Below are positions 51,591 through 64,000 of a stretch of 64,000 nt of DNA, piece after piece (position 1 is the stretch's first letter; each line of letters opens with the position of its first letter). Made by a program: the position numbers and the translations under genes. The stretch is from NCBI GenBank assembly GCA_951406725.2, contig OX597828.1:4402001-4466000 (forward strand). Direction: 5' to 3'. Below the pieces are notes generated by a model. It was given only the letters and a program-made list of their open reading frames with translations, did no database searches and had not been told where the DNA came from. Origin of the DNA: Octopus vulgaris. Lineage: Eukaryota.

Positions 51591-51845
51591 GCGAACAACA
51601 CAAGAAGAAAAAACAACAAGACGAGAACTTGGTACATGCACAGTATTAGCAGACGGTCGTGGAAAGAAAAGGAAGGTGGCTTTATGTTTAGAGGAAAGCT
51701 ATTCTTCAGAACCAGGAGACATGAGCAACCGAAGAAGAAAATTGCCCGAAACGTAAAATCATCTTTCTTTCCTTCCCTGAGCGTCTGCTAATACTTTGCA
51801 TGTACCACGTGCTCGTGTTATTGATTTTTCTTGTGGTTGTTCTGC
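51591..51845. repeat. Inverted pair of Penelope-like terminal-repeat fragments, each with a degenerate hammerhead core
   Basis: The reverse complement of 51591-51709 (ctgaagaatagctttcctctaaacataaag...cgtctgctaatactgtgcatgtacca) aligns with 51729-51845 (ccgaagaagaaaattgcccgaaacgtaaaa...cgtctgctaatactttgcatgtacca). Confidence 0.8.
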
Positions 51846-52051
51846 GTTTTTTTTTTATTTACTATTTATTCGTTATCAGTTTTTACTGTCTGGGTCTTCT
51901 ATATGCTGGCTTCTCAGCTTCATCGCATTTCTTCTATTTATTCAATTTTTTAGTTCGTTCTGATATGTGGTTTGTGCCTAAAGAATATGTTTGAGTTCCC
52001 TCAGCATATGAAACTATTACAAGCGGTTTAATACATGTATTGTAACCTTTA

Positions 52052-52094
<43 letters not shown>

Positions 52095-52205
52095 TATACA
52101 TGAGTCATCTACACATACACACATATACATGCATACATACACACAACACACACACATATATATATATATATGTATGTGTGTATACACACATACATATATA
52201 TGCAT

Positions 52206-52275
<70 letters not shown>

Positions 52276-52392
52276 TATGTGTGTATGCATATATATGTAT
52301 GAAACTATTTGTGTGAAAGAATATATACTTTTATTCTATGCAGAGTGTGAGAAGACATTAAGAATATGCGGTGCGTTGATATGAAATATCTT

Positions 52393-52558
52393 GTATTTCG
52401 TTTGTCTTTACGTTCTGAGTTCAAATTCCGCCGAGGTGGACTTTGCCTTTCATCCTTTCGGGTTCGATGAATTAAGTACCAGTTGTGTACTGGAGTTGAT
52501 CTAATCGTTTCGCCCCATCCCCCGAAATTCGGGCTTTGTACCTAGAGTAGAAAAGGAT
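52393..52558 (+). mobile_element. SINE family B, 5'-truncated, with TSD of about 12 bp
   Basis: gagttcaaattccgccgagg...gcctttcatcctttcggg; atgaaatatctt (52381) and ataaaatatctt (52559). Confidence 0.88.
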
Positions 52559-53967
52559 ATAAAATATCTTATAATTTGTTGCTTTTTATGTTACAGATAT
52601 TAGCTCCTAAACAGAGAAGTTTTAGAAAGTGAACTGCGGAGTTGATAAATGTATCCGACCGCTGCACATGGAAGAAAAACGCATTCTAATTATAACAGTT
52701 TATATTGCTTAGCTGTAAACTGAAATTGATCTTGAATGATTCACCTTTGCAAACATCTCTCGAAATATGTTCTATTACGAAATACAAAATTTAGATTACT
52801 ATTAATCATATGCTTTCCTGAGCAAGGAAAACTAAGTGCTATATACCTTTTTATTAAATAAACAAAGCATTTTGTTTTGATACTCAGAAACATATGAACA
52901 ATATTGCTAACATAATTTAACTTTACATTAACTTTAAAATTTTCCATTATCGCCGATAAATTACAACTTAATATCTTTTATTTATCTGGTCTTTTTTCTC
53001 ACGTTCCATCTATTCTCATCCCATTAAGGTTTAAATTATGAAAACAATTGGAGAAACCCTTGAATGCAATCTATAAATTAATAGACAAAGAGAAAAAAGC
53101 CTCATTGAAATAGTGAATGGAAGAGAATAAATTAATATATTGTCAACTGTTGAATAAATAACTTCAGCAGAGTTATTTAAAAAAAAAAAGTAATTGAAAA
53201 CATTTCAATTTAATGTTTCGTATTTTAAGTCGTCTTTTACATAGAATTTTACATATATGAAATGTATTACTAGACCCGTGAAATCAAGCATTGTCTCCAG
53301 AAGCAATATCATATGAAATTTAAAATTAAACTGAATGAATGGTTAAACAAACCGATCAATTGAATTTCTATTTTAACAGATTCAATAAACTTAAGTTGAC
53401 CATTCCGCTGCTGTGGATAGCGCTACCAAGCTGATTAACAGTTACTTAAAAACAATTTGGTTCTCTTAATTTTAAGCTAAAAGGCAAAATGCAGGCCAGT
53501 ATCGTTTACTAATGAAAAAATCTATTGAGAACACAATAAATATTCTTTACAGTTTGCTCAATTCACATATTTATAAATTAGTTGATACAGTAAAATATTT
53601 CAGTTATCAATCTGATAAAAATGTTTTCTATATGAGAGGCAATGTTTTGGTATCAAAATATGAGATAAAGGGAAATAATTGAGAATCACAATTTCTGTTC
53701 ATATTTGTTGAAATCTGGATTACTTGTTCTTATTCCGCATCTGGAATTTCAAGTAATTCAGGTATGGTCTTCAGCATAGTAAATATTAAGCTACTAATTG
53801 CCAAAAGCCACAATATTGGTGTATACACGTTCATTTGCATTCGCAATCATCCATCCAGTGGTGTTGACATTGTGTTTCTAAAATTTTAGCCAGATAATAT
53901 CTAACGTTTAAGGAAGGCAATGTCTCGGTCATACAATTGTATTGATTCATTTAACAAGCCTTTTATA

Positions 53968-54629
53968 CTAGGTGGTCTAAGTGGTATCAAAAAGTCCCCG
54001 GAGTGTTCTGTAGCGCACCAAAAGAGGGCACGCTTCCGTGCGCAGTGAGAGCTAGTAGTGACCATCATGCAGCGTACCGAGTGACAGCACTGTATTTACT
54101 TCGCAAGTTTTGCAATTGGTGTTTTTGCAACCACTTACATGCTGTAGTCTGTGATTTTGTCATAGACAGAAGCAAAGAGCCAACGTGAAATTTTGCGTTG
54201 CACTTTATAACTTTTGAGGAAGGACGCTCGGCGAAAGCGACATGATCTGTGAAGCGCGAAGGATAGGATCTGCCCCTGAGTTCTCCTCCCTCGTCAGTTT
54301 TTTTTTACTAAAAACAACATGGTTTCACTTTCACGCCCGGCCTATTCGCCAAATTTAGCACTTTCAAACTTCCATGTCTTCCCAAAGATCAAAATGCAAT
54401 TCGAAGGTCACCGTATTAATACCATTGTCGGGATCTAGAGCGACTCGCAGGTCCTCCACCAGCTTATGGAAAACGAGTTCTAGGCCGGATTCCAAAAGTG
54501 ACAGGAACGCTGAGACCGGTGTAGTGCTGCGCAAGGTGACTATTTCGATAGAGATGCTTTTAAAAATGAGGTAAATGACTTAGTTTTTATTAAAAAGAAC
54601 TAGTCCGGGAACATGTTGATATCACCTAG
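53968..54629 (+). mobile_element. Internally deleted mariner, same family as 13382-14281
   Basis: TIRs gtggtatcaaaaagtccccgga and tccgggaacatgttgatatcacctag|ta; RPAYSPNLALSNFHVFPKIKMQFEGHR; sub-terminal sequence matches the first copy. Confidence 0.85.
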
Positions 54630-55484
54630 TATATGACCATGGTCAAATCTTATATTCTTATTTTTCTGATATTCAAATGTTAGGAGATTGCCCAAATAAT
54701 AATAACAAGTCTAAATTTACTACAGTTTTAAAATATATTTCATAATGAAATTGAAATTTCACAGGTTCCCTCTTGGACATCAGGTTTCAAGGCCGGCAGA
54801 ATTAATGTCATGCGCATATTGCATGTTAAAGTTATTCATTTAATTCGTTATACATTTTTGCCTAAAATTTGTTAACGTGACTCTGCGTAAGAAAATCATT
54901 CTTTCAAAATTTCAACGTTAGCAGTTAACTGTGTGTTACCGTATTGTGATATGTTAGTGTAATACAGTGTTATTTATAAGCTTCAAGTTATACCAATATC
55001 TCTCTATTTACATGTGTAGCCTTCCGTGTGGAAGAGCCAGGATATTGAAACATCCTTCGATGTTGATTATATTGCAATTATTGCTGATTTCACAGTTGCT
55101 TTTGCTACTCATCATCATACCGACAGCAAAGAAAAAGAACAAATATCACGATAGTGACGACAATGAAAATGATTATGAGTGGGAAGACTATGATGATGAA
55201 CAGAAGGGAGACGTGAGAGACGAGGAGGATTTGCAGCAGTACATGAACACTAATGAGGATACGGTTGTAATGTCTTGCCCAGCGCCATTCTGATTTGAAT
55301 TCAATATTTATTTGTTTCTTTTCTTCTGTAGGGATTGTCATTCTAAATAGCTTGTTGTGTGATTGATATAATTATATGCTATAAAGGTGACTGTCTGTTC
55401 AATGTCATAGCTAGAATCCCAGTGATATTGCCAAGAGAAAATAATGGACACATCACCACCAACATCATAAGTACCACGGCGGCC

Positions 55485-55493
55485 ACCACCACC

Positions 55494-55542
<49 letters not shown>

Positions 55543-55605
55543 TCATCGTCGTCATCATCATCGTAGTCGTCGTTGTCATCGTCGTCGTCATCAACATCAT
55601 CATCC
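55485..55605. repeat. (CAC)(CAA)(CAT/CGT) trinucleotide microsatellite
   Basis: Visible directly. Confidence 0.9.
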
Positions 55606-58499
55606 TGCGTCTCCCCGTTGTTCTCGTAACAACTGATACTCAATAGCTGTTTATTCCTCATCGTTTTTCTTAGCAACAGTTCCCATCCTCTCTTGCGTCA
55701 TCATGGTCACTATGATCAACTCGAACGATATAACCATTATCATCAATGGTATCGTCATCATCACCATCGACATCAATACGTTCAACAATACAATATCCAT
55801 CAATATACTGGTGATATAGGCGGAACAATAGTTGCGATCAATGTATCATCTCAGAAACATCGGAAATATTAATATCCGGGTAAATAATACACTATTGAGA
55901 GATTACTTCATGCATCTGTAGTAAAATCGTCAATGATGATGACGCCATCGAAAGAGACACCACTTACAAGGATGGAAATATGTTTACCTCTACGTAGTGC
56001 AAAATTCAATAAATATACTTGTAAGATAGAAAACAATCAAACTTACAGAAATATTAGAATATGTTGGAGGATATCGCAGCATCAACTTGAAGCATTAAAT
56101 ATAGCTAGTCAAAATCATATTAACTCACTCTACACATCCGTTACATTATTGCTATTACTACTTACTATTTACATTCCGCTATACTATTACACTGCAATGT
56201 TTTATATTTCGGCATCCTTAAATTACTTTACAGTTCTACAAAACGTCACAACCCAGTTCAAATGCAGGAAGAGGAGATGATCTGAATGTCTGAAGAAGCT
56301 TTTCCCTTCTGCAAATATCTGTTCGTAACTCTTTACGCTTTAATGGGCCCAGGATATATCCAGAATTTGGCTCCTTGATACTCGTCTTGTGCAATATGTT
56401 GTGCTACTGTTAAGTTTGTAACTTACACTTTCCCGGTGTTAAGTTGTACGTTGTAACCACTTCCGTTTAAGGTGCCAGGTGTACATAGGGCAAGGCATAT
56501 ATTCATTTTTATTCTTCTTTGCCATATTCAGTTGGAACTTTTTGAAGTTTCTTCTACCATTGGCTTATGGGCTCCGGCCGTTCTTACTTCGAAAGTTGAG
56601 GGCCATTTCAGGAGATGAGAGGCAGTTTTTTCGTGCAATCACGTGAAATCTAACCTCTATGGTGTTCATACTGATTTCAAAGGCGGTCATCAGTTTTAAT
56701 TTTTAGATATGAGATTCATCCATTTGGCTTTTATACGACAGTGTGTGTTCAATGAGAATCAATTATTGCAGTGACTGTGAGAAGAGTAAAATATATATCC
56801 TAATGCATGATTTTAGAATGATTTTTATCTTTCTATTAGGTATTGTTAGTCGATCAATTTCATCCAGCATACTAGCGTTCACAATTCTATTGAAACAGCA
56901 AATCCATGCCACAATTCTTGTCACCTGTTTTATAGATCATTGGTGGTATTTCTGTTTGTATGGACCTTTCTATCACAGTATATAGACGGCATGTATGATC
57001 GCTTTGAGGATAGTGTACCATGTGTACCTAAATTGGGCAAGCACGAAAGATTGGATGCACGTGTTATCTAATTTCTTAAATTTCACCACGTTTTTGCTCG
57101 AGACAAAAGCTCATTTTCAAAGCTGAGGACGAAGCTGATACTAAGAGGAATCACATGACAGTTCAGAAACGGTTGCGATAAAATAATTAACAGACGTTAA
57201 AAGTGTAAGCACTGCTGATAATTTATTTGTCTAAACTGGTTCGGTGTTGCTCCTAGTTCAACGTGTAATAAAAATAAAAGATTAAAGATTAAAAATACAT
57301 TCCAACAGCCAAAACTGTCATGCAATTTTCTAGTCTTAGTGCCCGTATATTACTGGTTGAATTACAATGGAAGCACCTTCGCAATTATACGCCTTATAAT
57401 AAATATAAGACATATGGTCTTGAAAATAAAAATATATTCATCTGGATGAAGATAGATATGAGTGTGAGATAGCATAATCACAATCAGCAGATGGCTTGAG
57501 ACCGAACTCCAACGAAGAGAACAGATTGCAATCGAACTCACCATCAGAAAACATGTTTAAATGAAATAGAAGAACTTGCTTTTGTGATTCTGGCTTTTTA
57601 ACATTTTAAAGTCGAAGTTGAAGCGTGTCTTGGATGAAGAGCGTCTTCGACGCCCTAAAGCACAGTAGTTTATTTAAGTTTTACTGTGAACCTATTACCC
57701 ACTATGATTCTTAATGTAAACGTCTTACAAGAGTATCCTCTCTATCAGGATTTCACCAGTACCTGATTTCATAACTCAATGTTACGTCCATCAAAATAAA
57801 TTATTTCTGGAAACAAGACGCTGAGGTGATAAACTTGTTATAAAAATGTTAGTAACGTTGACGGTCCAAAGTATCATGTACCAAAATATTGTTATATAAA
57901 CTTGGTTTCGAAAATTTTAGTTAAATGTTATGGTTATGAAATCAGCCCTGAATTTGGCGCAATCATGATGAACAGCTGTTGTTTGCTTCGTGGATTGCAT
58001 TGATTGGTTCGGTGAGAAATCGAACCTTTCATATGACTTAATTATTCATATCTTGAAATCCATTTCGCTACATTGCAGAGGAGGTATTTACCACATTTGA
58101 GTACCACCCACTTTATTGTTTAATCAAGCGTATCAGTTGTGCATATTGATTTTAAAATACTGTGGTGTCATTTGAGTAGATCACTGTGTCACTGATGTTT
58201 GTGACGTTTGATTTGAAAAAAAAGAGTCTTCCACTGAAGGGATTTGAACTATAGTAACTATATCCAACCATCTGTAACTTTAATCAGTTAGCTATATGCC
58301 CTCATTATCGCATACAAGCAAACATGCGTGCCTGCGCATACAGATGAAATAGCATCATATTTAACAGCAAATGAATTGCAAAAGATCAATAATAACTATC
58401 ACAAAACAAAGATTAATAATAGCAATGGAGGTACAAAGGAATATAACAACAATGCCAACAAAGGGGAGCAGCAATGGCAGCTATGAATTCGAATAAAAC

Positions 58500-58858
58500 C
58501 AGTAATAACAACAAGAAAAATAACAGCAGCAACAACAACAACAATAACAACAACAACAATAACAATAGGAAAAACAGTAACAACAGCAATGATATTAATA
58601 ATAATGTAAACAACAACAACACCAACAACAATAATAGGATATCAATAGCAATAACAACAGTTAATATGATAACTCTAAATGAAACAAAAAGTGCAAAGAA
58701 ATTTATAACTAAGATCAAGACGTAGCGAGAAATAACAGCGTCGTCACCAAACACGAGCAATAGCATTAGGAACCGGCAGAAAGTTGACAAGAAACATTTC
58801 AATACTCACACACAGAGATACACAAGTATAAACATACCTGCATGCCTCTGCGTGTATA

Positions 58859-58935
<77 letters not shown>

Positions 58936-58962
58936 ATATATATGTGTATATATGTATATGTA

Positions 58963-59017
<55 letters not shown>

Positions 59018-59075
59018 TTGTGCGTGTGTCAGTTTGTGTGTGTGTGTTTGTGGGTGTGTGGGTGTTTGTATGTGT
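58500..59075. repeat. (AAC/AAT) low-complexity tract and (TA)/(TG) microsatellite
   Basis: Visible directly. Confidence 0.9.
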
Positions 59076-60080
59076 GAATTTAATCGATAACAGCAAGAAG
59101 AATGACAACGAATGGCAGCGAGTATAACAGCAATACTATGGAGAAAACCATGAAGCGTAAAAACACCATACAATTAAATAAATGGCAACAACGACTATTG
59201 AAATAGAAAAAAAAAACAACAACAACAACAAACAACAAGGACAGCAACGGAAGGGAACAACACAGACAAATAGATCTGTATTAACAACATTGTTATGGAA
59301 TGTAATAAATAATTGCAATAACAACAACGATCACAGCAACTTGAATGTTAAGAATCATACTGAAAACAAAATAACCAAAACAGCAACAACAAATACACAG
59401 AAATAGCGGCAATAAATTAACAAACGCTGCAAAAACAATAGCAAGAACAGGAACGCCGATGACGATTGCATTGACAAAGAATGCAATTGCAAAAATAACG
59501 AAATTAATCTAAGTATTAAAAAACGCAATAGAATACGTGAGATAATAAAAGAACAAAAGAAACAAGAAAGGAAGAAGGAAATGAAACGAAATATTTTACG
59601 GTGACCTAAGATCTTTAAAGAACGCCATGCTATCAATCAAGTTACTCAAAAGGATAAATAGCTTTCTCACATTTTCATAACTGCAAAGTCATTCTTCTCT
59701 TCCATAATATTCTGGTCTCTGCTTATTGCAACTTGCTTTCTCTTTCTTTTGTTTTCTTTTTTTCTTCATTTTTTTCTAATCTTTGTTTAATACATTTCAG
59801 TTTTTCTCTTGCGTTCTATATTCTAACACTTCACACTCTCTCGGATGAATCTCTACGATAAACCATTTCCTCTTAGTTTTATGTCTAAAGCCATCGCAGT
59901 TCCCCTGTTTACTCTGTGATTATTCTTTTTTTTTTTCTTATACAACGATGAGAAGCTCCGAGGCAGGAGAATGCCGATTTAACACTTTACTGAAAAGAGG
60001 AAAAAAAAATCCATAATTCACTGTTAAGAATTGGAACTTCTTCAAGGATCTATTTAAGTCTGTTATCATTCAGATACACG

Positions 60081-60118
<38 letters not shown>

Positions 60119-61165
60119 GCAAGAAGGGAAAATGTGTCTAGTGTCTAGTCACTCCTACATATTCTGCTTTGTGTTATACTCTAAAATATTATACTAGTTC
60201 GTCTTTGAGTGATCCAGTCATTACCTTTCTTCACTTCCTCGTTAGTTTCATTTCTCGGGATATATTTACTTTTCTTTGTTCCGTAAATACATTCTTCTAA
60301 GTTCTAGTTCTGTAAAATCTATAATGTTCCCCAATATTTCTCTTCTCACCTTCTCTCATTTCCTCTGCTCTTGACATAGTCTTTTATATTCTCTGCCGTT
60401 TCGTTCTTGACACATTAACAAAATGTTTGAGACTCTTTTTCTTTTCCCACTTCCACTACATTTCCAATTCTTTTCCTCTTCCATCACCACTTTTTTTCTA
60501 AATTTTTCTAATCATCTTTCACTTCTTTTCTTCACACCTTTCTCCTATACTTCTTTCTGCATTTTAAACTTCTTTTCCTTCTCGTTCTGATCACATTTTC
60601 TCATGCTTTGTTTTCATTCACCTTGTGACTCCTATTTTCTTTTCATATAAAACCGGATGTTAGATTTCTGCATGGTCTTTGATTCAATGTCGTCTAAGCA
60701 TTCCCTTTCCATTAGAACAGTATCTTTGGAGAATATTCAATTGCTCTGAAGTAAATTAACAGCACAAATCATGGGAAATCTAATTCTATGATTTAAAATA
60801 AAAGAAAGTAAACACGCTCACATATATACACCCACAGGAAAACGGACAGAAACACACGGATACATACAAATCTAAAAAAGAATATTAAAAGTATCTTCAT
60901 GAAAGGATGAAAGTTCTATATCTTGTTTCCTTTTTGTTTTAAACAAAACATGGAATAGGAGAGTAGCAAAGGGGATTAAATATTTCCATTCATGTAAACT
61001 GTAATCGAGTCAGTAACACGGATAACTTGCCCGAATTTTTCAATAAAATGTGAAATAGAATTTTCTTTTACTTTACTGATTACATCAAGTATTTCTAGCG
61101 ATCATACGCATTCCTTCTTTATGTACATTATTTTCCATTTGCATTTTCATTTAATAAATATTACC

Positions 61166-61853
<688 letters not shown>

Positions 61854-62320
61854 GAGTATACTCATTATAATACGCAATAATCAAGGTCTGGTGCTAATTT
61901 TGCATGGAATTAGTTGACGTGATGAACGTTTGTTGGTGTATCATCTAAAATAGGTTAACACTGAGTGCAAAAAAATCGGGGAAATGAAATGGAATTCGAA
62001 GCAAACACCAAAGCGTGACCACTTTTTTTGTAGTAAACAATATGCAAGGACCAAAGCAGGTTCGGCTGCGTAGATAAGAAAACTGTGAAGTGTTAGGGAC
62101 GAGTTTGTACCAAAGCAGCGGTTTCGTTAAAATCTTCAGAGTTTCATTTCGCCATAGACACAAAATACTCTTTGCGCATATATATGTTTGTCTGTGTGTG
62201 TGTGTGTATCTATATGTATCTCTCTCTCTCCCTTCCTCCCCCTCTCTCTCTATATATATATAGGTGTGTGTGTGTGGATGTGTGTCTGTGGGTGTGTATA
62301 TATATATACATATATATATA

Positions 62321-62550
62321 TTTCTTTACTGCCCACAAGGGGCTAAACATAGAGGGGACAAACAAGGACAGACGAAAGGATAGAGTCGATTATATCGCCC
62401 CCAGTGCGACACTAGTACTTTATTTATCGACCCCGAAAGGATGAAAGGCAAAGTTGACCTCGGCGGAATTTGAACTCAGAACGTAACGACAGACGAGATA
62501 ACGCTAAGCATTTCACCCGGCGCGCTGACGCGTCTGCCAGCTCGCCGCCT
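62321..62550 (-). mobile_element. SINE family B, alternative-tail subfamily
   Basis: Colinear with 27822-28055 from ttctttact.cccacaaggggctaaac to ctgccagctcgccgcct. Confidence 0.92.
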
Positions 62551-62639
62551 CAAGATCTGCCGGGGTTAAACTAGTAGTAACATGGATCAGTAACCACTTT
62601 CATGTAGCGATTAACTTTACTGGTGTGTATATATATATA

Positions 62640-62721
<82 letters not shown>

Positions 62722-62820
62722 TATATATGTATATATATACACACACCAGTAAAGTTAATCGCTACACGAAAGTGGTTACTGATCCATGTTACTGCTAGTT
62801 TAACCCCAGGCAGATCTTGA
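62550..62820. repeat. Fold-back/MITE-like inverted repeat with arms of about 80 bp around a CA/TA microsatellite
   Basis: tcaagatctgccggggttaaactagtagtaacatggatcagtaaccactttcatgtagcgattaactttactggtgtgt versus acacaccagtaaagttaatcgctacacgaaagtggttactgatccatgttactgctagtttaaccccaggcagatcttga. Confidence 0.9.
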
Positions 62821-63071
62821 GCAAGCTAGTTATCAGTGCGGCACTGCACCCTGTATATACATTATATATTGCTAGAAGTGGATGCGATCTCCTAACTTCT
62901 CTAACAGACAAAAGGAACGCAAGACTGACTCAGTTTCGAGCTGGTTGGCTCATTCTCAGTCTCGAGATCGGTGTGGGCTTGTTACGTGTTAATATAGTTA
63001 CTACTCGCATCTATTCTTGAGATTTTACGACTAGCTATGTTGCTTATACATACATACACACATACATACAC

Positions 63072-63116
<45 letters not shown>

Positions 63117-63280
63117 CATGTATATATTTCCATACATATATATATGCATACATACATATGTATATAATTATATACATATCTATACATGTATACATATGCA
63201 TAAAGGTATATGTATATGCATATATATATGTATACACACACAGACACACAAATACACACACACACACACATATATATACA

Positions 63281-64000
63281 TACAATCTCTAACACTTCCG
63301 TCGCATTTCTTGACATTTCTGTCTGTATACACCACGTTGCTCTTACTATCTACATCCACTACAAACACAGCAACTCCCACTCCTACCTTAAATTCTCCTC
63401 CGCACACTCTACCTACACCAAGCTCTCCCCTACTCCCAATTCCACGGTCTGACCAAGCGATGCAGTGACAACCATGACTTTGAGACTCAGTCTCAACTCA
63501 TGGCTCACCACTTCATTGTTCGTGGATATCCCCTCGCCAGTATCCACATTGCCCTTGCCAGAGCACGTTCTGTGGACCATGCCTCTGCTCTTTCTTCTCG
63601 CATCCGTCCCGCCATTGCTCGTCTCCGGCTTTTCTTCATCTACCACCACTCCTCGTCCGCAGTTTCTTCCCTAAACCCACTTCCCAGTCTGAATCATTCC
63701 CCTGCTTCCGTCCACGCTGCCATACGTACCCCTACCTCTCCACCACTACCATCCTCATAGGATTCCGTCAACGTCCCTATCACATAGCTGACTCCTTTAC
63801 CCGCACTTCCAGTAACGTCATTTACTGCATCTCGTGATCTTTCTGCCCTTCTCTGTACATCGGTCAAACAGGACGCCTCTTGGCTGAGCACCTACAAGAC
63901 ATCAGATCATCTACAAGACATCCGACTTGGCAATAACAGCCCGATCTCGCACCACATCCGCTCTGCTAGTCGTTCTCTACAGCATCTATCTGTGTTGGGA
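63281..64000 (+). mobile_element. Penelope-like element (RT thumb, linker, GIY-YIG), decayed, runs off the window
   Basis: [32 protein letters not shown]; HFIVRGYPLASIHIALARAR; CPSLYIGQTGRLLAEHL; QHLSVLG overlaps the family sequence at 20198. Confidence 0.88.

Noticed and set aside
54967-55293. 108-aa ORF with an acidic C-terminus
   Set aside because: Degenerate GAT/GAC low-complexity sequence, non-ATG start, no recognisable domain
58232-58300. tRNA-like head on the minus strand (a similar one at about 34615-34680)
   Set aside because: Only degenerate A/B-box traces remain; probably old SINE fragments, too decayed to call

Overview
AT-rich, microsatellite-dense eukaryotic non-coding DNA. 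The SINE, LINE and microsatellite make-up looks like a coleoid cephalopod (Octopus-type) genome; this is an inference. I found no intact host gene, rRNA, true tRNA or CRISPR array, and most ORF-track entries are microsatellite read-through. The window is a graveyard of transposable elements: three tRNA-derived SINE families (several copies with target-site duplications, TSDs), R4/Dong-like LINE fragments in or beside (AAT)n tracts, internally deleted mariners, a maT-like Tc1/mariner relic, Penelope-like remnants with degenerate minimal hammerhead motifs, and an RTE relic. Three structures stand out. (1) A head-to-head pair of non-autonomous Helitrons (6699-8478 minus, 8784-9936 plus) has a fully palindromic 3' end and carries a captured LINE ORF1-like fragment. 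(2) An RT-less, ORF1-like retrocopy with a 16-bp TSD sits in the tRNA head of a SINE (37838-38757). (3) Several fold-back palindromes occur at 5423-5860, 51591-51845 and 62550-62820. All family assignments come from motif recognition by eye, not database searches.
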